Positions 28,875-38,518 of a stretch of DNA of 64,000 nt are shown here, piece after piece. The stretch covers positions 32,001 through 96,000 of the forward strand of contig CAVWLW010000024.1 in assembly GCA_963755715.1 (NCBI GenBank), written 5' to 3'. The position numbers and the translations under genes are program-made. Position 1 is the stretch's first letter. Each line of letters starts with the position of its first letter. The notes below the pieces were generated by a model. That model saw only the letters and a list, made by a program, of their open reading frames with translations. It was not told the origin of the DNA and searched no databases. The DNA comes from an uncultured delta proteobacterium. GTDB taxonomy: Bacteria > Desulfobacterota > Binatia > UBA9968.

Positions 28875-29897
28875 CTATTTTAAGTAGCCGCGTTCCCGGT
28901 AAAAGCGTCTAGCGCCAGCGTGTAGCGGCACGTCATAGGGCGCTTCTTCGTCGTTGGCGCACAGTTGCGCCACGCGGAGTTCCTTATAGTTGTCGGTGGG
29001 GATCAGGTCGCGGCGCTTTTCGATGGCTTCGCAGAGCGCATAGGCGACTTTATTCGGCATATCCGCACGAACGATCATCGGCCAGCCGCTGAAATCGAGC
29101 GTCGGCACGTCTTCAGCAAGGCGGTTAAAGCGCGTCTTTGTCATCATCGCGGGCCGATAGCCGAGCGCTTTCATGTGTTTCAGCACGATGCCGTCGATGG
29201 GTAAAAAGCGAAAGCCGTGCTCCAGGGCAGTGTGTCCCCAGCTCTTGATGCCTTCATCGAAGATCGCGTTGATTGTGCCTGTCTCAATCCCCTTGCGCCG
29301 GCTCGGATCGCTTGGCCGCGGCGCGTTATGAAGTTTAGCGCCCCAGCGGCGCAGCTCGCCGAGCGAAAAACCCGCCGCGGCCAAAACCGCCGAGACCGTG
29401 AACATCGTCGCATTTCCGGTTAGCGGACTTTTGGGTATCACGCCGGTGGACATGCGCAGCGGAATGCGTTCTTTGCCGATCTGTGACAGTGAAGTGATTC
29501 CCGTCGATACATGAACGGCAAAACCCATGATGTCGTAAGAGGGAAAAACAGCGACGGTCCTGAGCGGCAGCCGTTTGGGGAAGGGACCTGTGCCGCGATA
29601 GGCCATGGTCAATAATACCGATGGGTTCACCCACGCCAGCGAATATTTTCCCTCGGCGACCGCGATGATTTCGCGAAAGCTGCCGGTCGTGAAGGAAATC
29701 GATACCTCCGGCCGGGTTTCGGATTTCTTCGTGTCGAGAGAAAGCCTGAGCACGCGGCCGAGATCGGTATCTGTTTGCAGCATGCCCTCCGCCGCGCGTT
29801 TGGTTTGATACGAAAGCGAACTGTCGTAAAGTCCGGCGGCGATTTCCAGCAGTCCTTTGGCGCGCTGGATGCCGGCGTTATATCGTTGGGTAGCCAT
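28875..29897 (-). CDS. TAXI-family (TRAP) solute-binding-fold protein without a signal peptide
   Basis: AYRGTGPF..LPLRTVAVF, AIFDEG and C-terminal VPLHAGARRFYRERGYL; ATG 29897 after GGGAGG. Confidence 0.8.
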   Translation of the reverse strand: MATQRYNAGIQRAKGLLEIAAGLYDSSLSYQTKRAAEGMLQTDTDLGRVLRLSLDTKKSETRPEVSISFTTGSFREIIAVAEGKYSLAWVNPSVLLTMAYRGTGPFPKRLPLRTVAVFPSYDIMGFAVHVSTGITSLSQIGKERIPLRMSTGVIPKSPLTGNATMFTVSAVLAAAGFSLGELRRWGAKLHNAPRPSDPSRRKGIETGTINAIFDEGIKSWGHTALEHGFRFLPIDGIVLKHMKALGYRPAMMTKTRFNRLAEDVPTLDFSGWPMIVRADMPNKVAYALCEAIEKRRDLIPTDNYKELRVAQLCANDEEAPYDVPLHAGARRFYRERGYLK

Positions 29898-30055
29898 AGC
29901 GATTTCAATCCTCCCCGTTGGCGGACCCAACAATAATCGCTGGCGATTGGAATGACAATATCCAAGCAGCGATTTAGCTACGATGAGAAACCCAGCGTAA
30001 ACGGCGACCGTGTTGAGTTGATGAGAGTTGGTTGGAGAAAATTAGAAGGGGAATG

Positions 30056-30094
30056 CGCCGCCGGACCGTCTTCTATTCGGATGGTCCGGCGGCG
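30056..30094 (-). terminator. GC-rich hairpin after the 30108..30647 gene
   Basis: CGCCGCCGGACCGTC-loop-GATGGTCCGGCGGCG. Confidence 0.55.
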
Positions 30095-30107
30095 ATCACT
30101 AGATGAG

Positions 30108-30647
30108 TTATTTCTTCGCCAAGTCGCTTTTTAGCTCGCGTCGCTGCGCGTCCAACTTGCCCTGGTCTTTTCGCAGTTCCACGCGATCGCCGTGAATCTC
30201 TTTCAGATCGCCGCGAATTTCCTGGCGGTCCTTCATGATTTCGGTTTTGCTGGCGCCGTTTCGCAGGTCCCGGCGCAACTCGGCGCGGTCGTTTCTCAGC
30301 TCGGCGTGATCTTTGCGCAGCTCCACACGATCGCCGGAAATCTCTTTGCGGGTGCCGTGAATGTCTTTGAAGTCCTGGCGAATCTCGGCCTTGTTGTGAT
30401 GGCCGCGGTTGTCATAGCGAACATCGCGATGATACTGGCGCGGATCGGGGTGCCGGTAAGAGCGTCGGTCATGTTCGTCGTGGTCGAATTTTTTGGCTTG
30501 ATGTTTTTCCCAGCCTTTGTGTTGCCCATGATTTTCCCGTTCCTGGTGTTCGGACTTGCCTTTCGGGTCCGCCAACGCAGGCAGAGCGGGCATCAATAAG
30601 GTTGCGGAAAGTAACCCTCCCAGGACAAAAACTTTTGAGCGATTCAT
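30108..30647 (-). CDS. Secreted highly charged protein with heptad (DxxELRx) repeats
   Basis: Signal peptide ending ALA; His/Arg/Asp-rich linker; DRVELRK-DHAELRN-DRAELRR repeats; AAGGAG RBS. Confidence 0.75.
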   Translation of the reverse strand: MNRSKVFVLGGLLSATLLMPALPALADPKGKSEHQERENHGQHKGWEKHQAKKFDHDEHDRRSYRHPDPRQYHRDVRYDNRGHHNKAEIRQDFKDIHGTRKEISGDRVELRKDHAELRNDRAELRRDLRNGASKTEIMKDRQEIRGDLKEIHGDRVELRKDQGKLDAQRRELKSDLAKK

Positions 30648-30696
30648 CTACGTTCTCCTTTGTTACGCACGTTAATATTTTGTTTCTTTCGTTCGG

Positions 30697-31056
30697 TTAA
30701 TATTCGCTACGCTGCAATCGCCCGGTGTTCTGGCGATTTTGGTCGATGACGCGTTGGTTCTGTTGGATCTGTTGCTGATTGTACTGGTACTCGGCTTGTT
30801 CTTGTCCTTGCATGTAGTCGCCCACCAAAGCGCCTGCGCCCAATCCAGTACCAGCGCCAATGGCCGCGCCCATGCCCGGACGGCCGAATGCGCTGCCGAT
30901 CAATCCGCCCGCGGCGGCGCCGCCGACAGCGCCGATGCCAGCGCCCTTTTCTCGAGTCGTGAGTGGCCCGCCGGCACAACCAGCAGTTGTAGCCGCGGCG
31001 ACGGCGAGGATGATTGCCCACTTAGAAAACTTGCCGTTTGTCGTCTGATTTCGCAT
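30697..31056 (-). CDS. Glycine-zipper lipoprotein (YMGG/OsmB-like)
   Basis: Lipobox-like TAGC; GAGIGAVGGAAAGGLIG...GAAIGAGTGLGAGALVG; Gln-rich tail; GGGAGG RBS. Confidence 0.85.
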   Translation of the reverse strand: MRNQTTNGKFSKWAIILAVAAATTAGCAGGPLTTREKGAGIGAVGGAAAGGLIGSAFGRPGMGAAIGAGTGLGAGALVGDYMQGQEQAEYQYNQQQIQQNQRVIDQNRQNTGRLQRSEY

Positions 31057-31108
31057 TATGCCTCCCAATCTATTTTCTCTTCGTTCCATTTGGTTGCACA
31101 GCGACTAG

Positions 31109-31124
31109 AGCAACCAATATGCCA
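31109..31124 (-). promoter_or_regulatory. sigma54 (-24/-12) promoter
   Basis: Minus strand TGGCAT-ATTGG-TTGCT (GG-N10-GC), about 50 nt upstream of the Gly-zipper gene. Confidence 0.75.
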
Positions 31125-31360
31125 GCGGGTAAAAGGGACCTAACCATTCGAATTTGGCTCAGCCGTTCCAGGACTGACGTTGACCGGCACCGTAAAAATT
31201 ACCTTTGCAGAGTGAAAATGGCCGTTTGAAAAGGTCCTCGATGTGCGCCGGCAGTCATTGTGCTTGAATGCTTATCTGCCGGTGTTGTAGAGCTTAGGCG
31301 AGGACGGGAAGTGTTGGGATGAAAATTGTCCGACAACGGAATCGTCGGCAAAGGGTTAAC

Positions 31361-32348
31361 ATGGCTGTCCAGTTTCGGATCACGACCGCTATTCTGGTCT
31401 TGGTGCTGCAATGCGCTATGGCCGACGCGCAGGAGAAACCCAGGATCTTTCTTGGCGCGTCCAGTAAAACTTTAGGCTATAGCCCGCTCTGGGTGGCATC
31501 GAGGAAAGGATTTTTCGATCAGCAGGGACTCGACGTTCAGTTGGTGTTGTTGCGCGGGGTGCCGATGACGGTCCAAGCGCTGGCGGCAGGCTCCTTGCAC
31601 TTCGGCTCCGGCGGTCCGGAGCCTTACATCGAAGCGTCGGAGCGCGGCCTCGACTTCGTCGTTACCGGCGGCATCATCAACGGCATCGCCCAGTTTCTGA
31701 TCGCTGGCAGGAATTACAAAACATACGAAGATCTGCGCGGCGCCACTTTCGGCACCGCGTCACTCACCGGCGGCACCATCACCGCTCTACGAGAAGCTCT
31801 CAAGCTCAGGGGCCTCGAGTATCCGCGCGACTATAAATTGCTGATCATCGCCGGCGGCTCGTCGGCCAATCTCGCCGCGCTTGCAATCCGGACAGATCGC
31901 GGCGACGACCGTGGCCGTGCCGCTCAACTATGCTGCGGAGGAGTCGGGGCTCAACATTATTGGCCGGCTGAGCGAAGGCATTGCGCATTTTCAGACGAAT
32001 GCTTTCGTGACGCGACGCTCGTGGGCGGAGAAGAATCGGCCGGTGATGGTGCGTTTCATGAAAGCGATGGTTCTTACGTTTCGTTGGATGTTTGAAAACC
32101 GCGATCTCTGCGTCGAATTCCTCTCGAAGGAGATGCAGCTTAAACCGTTGCACGCGCGCAAGGGCTGGGAATTTTATACGCAGACTCGCTTCTGGCCGCC
32201 GGACGGTGATGTAACGTTAGAGGGACTCAAGAACAATATTCGTTTTTACGCCGAGCAGACCGGCGCTAAGGGACCGTTGCCTGACGCGAGCAAGTACGTG
32301 GATCAGAGCTATTTGCGCGATGCGCTGAAGGAGATCGACAAACGATAG
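31361..32348 (+). CDS. ABC solute-binding protein, NMT1/SsuA-like, frameshifted; close paralog of 20348..21331
   Basis: GASSKTLGY and LEYPRDYK..IAGGSSANLAAL|QSGQIAATTVA; extra base at about 31880 separates ORFs 31319..32095 and 31881..32348. Confidence 0.85.
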
Positions 32349-32351
32349 CAA

Positions 32352-32376
32352 TCAGGCGCTCGAATCGAGCGTCTGA
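32352..32376. terminator. Hairpin between convergent genes
   Basis: TCAGGCGCTCGA-a-TCGAGCGTCTGA. Confidence 0.45.
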
Positions 32377-32389
32377 ATGGTGGCGTAAC

Positions 32390-33553
32390 TCAGTGATGCG
32401 CGCGAATTAGGTTCTGGCCCAAGCGCCAGCGCAGCACTTCGTTGGCGCCTTCGGTGATGCGCGTGCTGCGGATTTGCCGGTACCACCATTCGAGCGGCAG
32501 CTCCTTCATTAAACCCAAACCGCCGTGAACCTGGATGGCGCGATCGACGACTCGGCTCGCCATCTCCGTCGCCATGACTTTGACCATGTAGGACAGGTCG
32601 CGCACGTCTTCACCGCGATCGACGCGCCAGGCGCATTCGTAAACCATGTTGCGCACGGCATGCAGCTCCATCGCCGAATCGGCGATCATGAATTGGATCG
32701 CTTGGCGGTCGGCGAGAGGCCGGCCGAAAGTCACGCGAACTTTCGAGTATTCGATCATCATGTCGAGTGCGCGCCGCGCGATGCCCACCGGTCGCGCGCC
32801 GTGGCCGCGGATGCGTCCTTCGCCGATCCATTTTTGCGCGATGGAGAAACCGCCGCCGACTTGGCCGATGACGTTTGCGGCGGGCACGCGCACGTTGTCG
32901 AAGACGAGTTGCCAAGGCGCTTCCCCCATCATCGTCGGCCACTGCCTTTCGAGGAGCACGCCGGGGCTTTTCAAATCGACGGCGAAACAGGTAATACCAC
33001 CGCGCGCTTTCTTCTCCGGATCCGTCACCGCCATCAACTGCGCGTAGTCGGCGCGTCCCGCGGCGGTTATGAATCGCTTCGTGCCGTTGACAACGAAGTC
33101 GTCGCCGTCTTTGACCGCCCGCGTGCGCATGTTCGCCGGATCGCTGCCTGCGTCGGGTTCGGTCTGGGCGAAGCAGAATCTCAGCTCGCCGCGCAGCACG
33201 GGCTCGAGAAATCTTTTTTTCTGTTCGTCATTACAGTGAAATAGCACGGGCCGGACTTCCGGCCCGAACAGCTCGAGACTGCGAAAGGGCAAGGAAGCGG
33301 CGCGCGCGATCTCCTCGTGAATAATGCAGCGCGGCAAGAGCCCAAGACCCGCGCCGCCGTATTCCGCCGGCACGTCGAGCATCCAAAGCCCCATCGACTT
33401 GGTCTTTTCCTGAAGCGGCGTGAGCAAATGCTCCGGCATCGGCCCTTCGCTGTCGTGGCGATATTCGCGCTCGAGAGGAATCAGCTCCTTATCGACGAAG
33501 CGGCGCACGGTTTCTCTGAGGATTTGAATTTCTTCGGGCAGGTTGAAGTCCAT
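32390..33553 (-). CDS. Acyl-CoA dehydrogenase family protein
   Basis: MDFNLPEE, FAQTEPDAGSD, NGTKRFIT, QVHGGLG and RITEGANEV. Confidence 0.93.
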   Translation of the reverse strand: MDFNLPEEIQILRETVRRFVDKELIPLEREYRHDSEGPMPEHLLTPLQEKTKSMGLWMLDVPAEYGGAGLGLLPRCIIHEEIARAASLPFRSLELFGPEVRPVLFHCNDEQKKRFLEPVLRGELRFCFAQTEPDAGSDPANMRTRAVKDGDDFVVNGTKRFITAAGRADYAQLMAVTDPEKKARGGITCFAVDLKSPGVLLERQWPTMMGEAPWQLVFDNVRVPAANVIGQVGGGFSIAQKWIGEGRIRGHGARPVGIARRALDMMIEYSKVRVTFGRPLADRQAIQFMIADSAMELHAVRNMVYECAWRVDRGEDVRDLSYMVKVMATEMASRVVDRAIQVHGGLGLMKELPLEWWYRQIRSTRITEGANEVLRWRLGQNLIRAHH

Positions 33554-33614
33554 GAGCGTTTTCCTTCGTTAGGGACGGCTCGTTTTGTATTCAGGTGGGA
33601 TGGCCAGATTAGAA

Positions 33615-33642
33615 AGATTTCTCGCTTTCGCTCGAAATGACA
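33615..33642. repeat. Single REP-like unit (TGTCATTTCGAGCGAAAGCGAGAAATCT on the minus strand)
   Basis: Small internal hairpin; resembles a widespread intergenic GTCATTYCGAGCG..CGAGRRATCT repeat (recalled, not verified). Confidence 0.4.
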
Positions 33643-33701
33643 TACGAAACGAGAGACCTTTAATGAACTGCGCGCATGGCCTTGTCGAATTGCACTTCGA
33701 C

Positions 33702-34714
33702 TCACTCGCTCGCGACGATCTTGTTCGCTAGCACGCCGATCTTCGACGACGAGACTTCGACGGTATCGCCGACTTTGAGAAACAGATCGAGCGGCCGTTT
33801 GCCGTCGGGACTGCGGCGCGATTTGTCGGCGGCGGTTCCCGCCGAGGTGCCGCCGGCGATTACGTCGCCGGGCACGAAGGTGAAATCCTGGGAGAGATAT
33901 TCGAGCACATCGGCCGAACGTCCAGATCATCTCTTGGTGTTGTAGCTCTGGCGCACGACGCCGTTGACGCGCGTTTCGGCGTCGACGGTCTTGATGGTCG
34001 AGCTTCACCGACGACGATGCATGGCCCCATCGAAACGGCGCCGTCGAAATTCTTCTGTAAATTGTAGCTCACCGCGCGGTCGGCGCCGCCGCCGTCGCGG
34101 ATGCTCCAGTCATGGAATAAAGTGACGCCCCAAACATACTCGCTGATTTTCGCGGCGGAAATATTTTTGCCGCGTTTGCCGATGACGATGGCAACTTCGC
34201 CCTCATAATCAAAATAGGTGACGCGTTTCGGAAAGGGAATCGTATCGTCCGGCCCGGCGACTTCGGCGGGCACTTTCCAGAATCCCCATTGGCCGGCCTT
34301 TTTGGCCTCTTCGGTAATTTGCTCGATCGACACGTCGGTTTTGCCGAGCCGGTTGGCCCACATCCCGGCCAAGTGCGCGGCGTAGTTGCCGCCGACGCAG
34401 GCGATGCGCCGTTCCGGCCAGGGCGCGTGAAGTTTTACCTCACTGGCTTTGTGCACCACTTTCGGCTCGCCGCGGTCGTCGCTCGGAGCGATTCCAGCGA
34501 ACTGATCGATCACACGGCGCGCTTCTTCCAGTCCGGCGGCGCCGGACTCGATAAACGATAAGAGCCGCGCGGGCAGACGAGTCGCGGCTTGCTCGTCCGC
34601 TTTGGCGTCGCCTTTCTCACGCAAGGATCTAGCTAATCCGTGATTGAGATCGATGACCTTTTCATCGATCAGGGCGCCCACTCGGCGAGCCGCGCCGAAG
34701 ACAACGATCTTCAT
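33702..34714 (-). CDS. Fumarylacetoacetate hydrolase (FAH) family protein with multiple indels near the 3' end
   Basis: CVGGNYAAH, DYEGEVAIVIGK, HDWSIRD, KNFDG and MGPCIV; C-terminal PGDVIAGGTSAG in ORF 33702..33908; indels at about 33915-34005. Confidence 0.88.
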
Positions 34715-34913
34715 GTTCGTCCCTCCAAACCTGGTCGTGTGACATGGCGTACCATCGCCGCGACCGCGCGGTCAAGCGGTGTGTCGAAATTTCCTTGCTC
34801 AGGCAGGATTACTTTTGCGCTAGGCGGCGGCGTGGCTTTTTGATAAGGTCGCGCTGGTTTTTCTTCGAAACCGATAAGCTCGTTCGGCGCAGTTCGTTCA
34901 GGAGACATTCCTC

Positions 34914-35921
34914 ATGAAGCTATCAGAGCTAACTCGTTTTTGTTCCGGCATCCTGTTTTTTTTCGCCTGCCTGGGTTGGTCCGCCGGGTTGTTTGCGGCG
35001 GACAAGCTGATCGGCTTTCATTCCGCGCGCACCATGTCGCAGGCGATGCCGTGGATCTGCGAAGAGGTCGGGTTGTTTCGCAAGTACGATTTGGATTTTC
35101 AGCTCGTTTACATTTCATCCGCGCCGATCGTCACCGCGGCGATCTTGGGCGGCGACGCCCAGGTGGCGATCAGCGGCGGCGAAGCGATCATTCGCGCCTA
35201 CGCCCAGGGAGCCACGGACCTGGTCTTTATCGGCAGCGCGAAAAATACCTTGACGCATAGTATTTTGGCCAAACCGGACATAAAAAGGCCGGAAGATCTG
35301 CGCGGTAAAAAACTCGGTTTGTCTCGCCTCGGCAGCAATTCCCACTATTTCATCATCCAGGCTTTGAGGAAGAGCGGCGTTGATCCGAATGAAGTCAATT
35401 TTATCCAAACCGGCGGGCAAGTGGAAAATCTTGCAGCGTTGCTGAGCGGCAACGTCGATGCCGCGACGATGACCGGGCCATCGGGCGGCACACGGGCCGC
35501 CGCGCAGGGTTTTCGTTACGTGGTTTACGGCCCTGATCTGCATATTCCGTTCGCCGCGGCGACGCTGATCACGCGCCGCTCGCTCCTGAATTCGCACGGG
35601 CCGGCGATCGAGAAATTCTTCCGCGCCACTGCGGAAGCGATGAAGATCTTATTTCTCGATAAAGAGCTGACCTATAAAGTGTTGGCCAAACAGTTGCGCA
35701 TTAACGATCGCAAGCTTTTGGATGCCGCCTATGATGAGGAAATCAAAGTGATGGAGCGGCGCTTAGAATTCAAAAACGAAGCCTTTCAGGCGATCATCGA
35801 CGAAACTTCAAAGGTCGATGCGCGCGCCAAAAAATTAAAACCGCAGGATTTCGTCGACCGCCGCTATCTGGACGGGCTACAAAAAAACGGCTTCTTCGAT
35901 AAACTTTGGTCGGGAAAGTAG
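34914..35921 (+). CDS. ABC solute-binding protein, NMT1/SsuA-like
   Basis: Signal peptide; GLFRKYDLD, DLRGKKLG, LAALLSGNVDA and FVDRRYL; AGGAG RBS. Confidence 0.85.
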   Translation: MKLSELTRFCSGILFFFACLGWSAGLFAADKLIGFHSARTMSQAMPWICEEVGLFRKYDLDFQLVYISSAPIVTAAILGGDAQVAISGGEAIIRAYAQGATDLVFIGSAKNTLTHSILAKPDIKRPEDLRGKKLGLSRLGSNSHYFIIQALRKSGVDPNEVNFIQTGGQVENLAALLSGNVDAATMTGPSGGTRAAAQGFRYVVYGPDLHIPFAAATLITRRSLLNSHGPAIEKFFRATAEAMKILFLDKELTYKVLAKQLRINDRKLLDAAYDEEIKVMERRLEFKNEAFQAIIDETSKVDARAKKLKPQDFVDRRYLDGLQKNGFFDKLWSGK

Positions 35922-36051
35922 CCGCGCCAAGCCTCACTGCCCAGCGCAAACGGACTGCGTAGCGCTGACAGCTTGCAGCGCGCGTAAGCAACAATCACAC
36001 ACCTGATGCTCATGGACGCCAGTCTGCGTTTGTTATATTCTCAGCGTCATT

Positions 36052-38459
36052 ATGGATAAGCACGAGCCAGCTTCCTATTCGGTGCGCGGCTATTGCGCCC
36101 TGTGCACGGCGCATTGTGCCACCATCGCGACGGTAAAAGCGGGGAAAGTGACTCAGCTTGTTGGTGACCCGGATCATCCGAACGGTGGGGTTTTCTGCGT
36201 CAAAGGCAAAGCCGCGCCGGAGCTCGTCTATCATCCCGATAGGCTCGACTATCCGCTCAAGCGCACGCGACCGAAAGGCGATAGCCGATCCCGGTTGGCA
36301 AAGGATCAGTTGGGATCAAGCGCTGGACGAAATCGCTGAGAAAGCTTATTTCCATTCGAGAACGTTACGGCGCGCGCGCCGTCGCCCTGGCGAAAGGGAC
36401 CGGCGGCGGCACGTCGGTTTCCGACGCTGAACGATGGTTGGCGCGATTCCTCAACAGTTTCGGCAGTCCCAACTGGGTTTCGACGACGCACGTGTGCAAC
36501 TGGCATAAAGACACCGGCTTTACCTATACCTTCGGCGTAGAAATCCCCACGCCCGACGTGGCGCACAGCGGGACGTTTTTGCTCTGGGGCCATAATCCGA
36601 GCTCAACCTCGTTGATTCTCGCCCACGATATCGTTGCGGCGCGCAAGCGCGGCATGAAGATCGTCGCGGTCGATCCGCGCCGGGTCGGTATCGCCGCCCA
36701 GGCGGATGTGCTGCTCCAGGTTCGCCCCGGTGCCGACGGCGCGCTAGCCTTGGCGATGATCGACGTCGTCATTCAAGAAAAACTTTACGACGAAGCGTTC
36801 GTGCGCCAATGGACCAATGGTTGGCTGCTTCTGCGCGACGACACGGGGTTGGCGTTGACCGAAGTCGATTTGACGAGCGCCGGTTCCGCCGAGCGATTCG
36901 TCGCCTGGGATGAAATCAGCGATGCGCCGGTGATCTATGATCCGGCGAGCGGCGGTTTTAAGCGCACTTCTATCCGCCCGGCGCTTTTCGGCAAACGCTC
37001 GGTGCGCTTACAAGATGGACGAGAAATTTCATGCCGGCCGGCGTTCGCCGCATTGGCAACTCTCGCGGTTCAGCATCGCGCGGAGACATCGGCGACGGTT
37101 ACGGGCGTGCCGGCGGAGAAAGTCAGAGAAGCGGCGCGCCTGCTTGCGGCCAATCGCCCGGTGAGCATGTACATGCACAACGGTGTAGGGCAACACACCA
37201 ACGCAACGCAAACGAGCCGGGCGATCGCAACGCTTTATGCGTTGCTCGGAGACATTGACCGACAGGGCGGCAACGTGGTTTTTCCGAAGGCGCCGGCGAA
37301 CGTGGTTTCCGGCAAAGAATTCTTGCCGAAGGAAATGGCCGAGCAGCGAATTGGCCGAGAGCGAAAGCCACTCGGCCCGCCGGCCAAGCCGGGCAACTGC
37401 GCTGCCTACGATATTTTTACGGCGGTTCTCGATGGCCGCCCCTATCCGGTCAAGGCACTTCTCAATTTTGGCTCGAACACGATCATGAACACAGGGGATT
37501 CGCAGCGGGCGCGCGAGGCGTTTCGCGCGCTGGATTTCGCCGTGGCGGCGGAATTTTTCATGACCCCGACGGCAGCCCTTTGCGACTACGTGCTGCCGGC
37601 CGCAAGTTTTCTCGAGAAGAGCAACATGGCTACGACGGCGTTTGCACATCGCCAGCAGGGCAAGCTTCATGTGCAATATCGTCCCGCGGTTGTCGAGCCG
37701 CTGGCGGAGCGGCGCGCCGATGCGTGGATTATTTTCGAACTAGCCAAACGGCTGGGCCTGGGTCAATATTTTTGGGATGGCGATATCGAAGCGGCTTATG
37801 AGTATGAGCTTGCCCCCACAGGACTTTCCTTGAGCCAACTCAAAGCCGAGCCGGGAGGCATTACGGTGCCCGGCGTGCCGCGCTATGCAAAGTATTCTGC
37901 CACCAACGAGCAGGGGATGGCGCGTGGATTCAATACGCCGGACAAGAAAGTGGCGATCTATTCACACAGCTTTGCCGCGCATGGCTTTCCACCGCTGCCG
38001 GTGTACGAGGAACCGTTGATGAGCCCGGTTAGCCGGCCGGATATCGCGGCCGAATATCCGCTCGTGCTGACCAACGCAAAATTTACCGCCTACATCCATA
38101 GCCAGCTTCGCGCCCTGCCGTCGCTGCGCAAGAATACGCCCGAGCCGAGCGCCGATATTCACCCGGAGACGGCGGCGCTCTACGGCATCGAAGATAAAAA
38201 GTGGCTGAGCATCGAGAGTCCGCGCGGTACGATGCGCGCCAAGGCTCGAGTCACCGACGGCATCGCCCGCGGCGTGGTTTGTTGCCAGCACGGTTGGTGG
38301 CAGGATTGCAAAGAACTCTCAATTTCTGGTTACGACGCCTACGGCGACGAATCGGCCAATCCGAGCCTGTTGATCGGCGCCGAGCTCGCCGATCCGATCA
38401 GCGGATCTTTGCCGCATCGATCTTATCTTTGCCGGGTGCGCCCGGTTGAGCCGTCTTAG
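36052..38459 (+). CDS. Molybdopterin (bis-MGD, DMSO reductase superfamily) oxidoreductase with an N-terminal 4Fe-4S motif, frameshifted
   Basis: CALCTAHC...FCVKG, HPDRLDYPLKR, LWGHNP, VDPR, FMTPTA..DYVLPA and QHGWW; +1 indels at about 36283 and 36341 separate three ORFs. Confidence 0.88.
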
Positions 38460-38518
38460 AAAAATAAATCTCGATACGTTCTCTATGGGCCGCCGCCAAT
38501 CAGCGCGATTCGGCGCGG

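Noticed and set aside
34711-34908. 65-aa ORF overlapping the FAH start
   Set aside because: It starts 5 bp from a divergent gene, leaving no promoter space; no RBS or recognisable motif; more likely the shared promoter region
36052-38459. Calling the molybdopterin enzyme acetylene hydratase, or a formate/nitrate reductase
   Set aside because: It lacks the Asp next to the cluster Cys and any partner subunits; the subfamily cannot be assigned by eye
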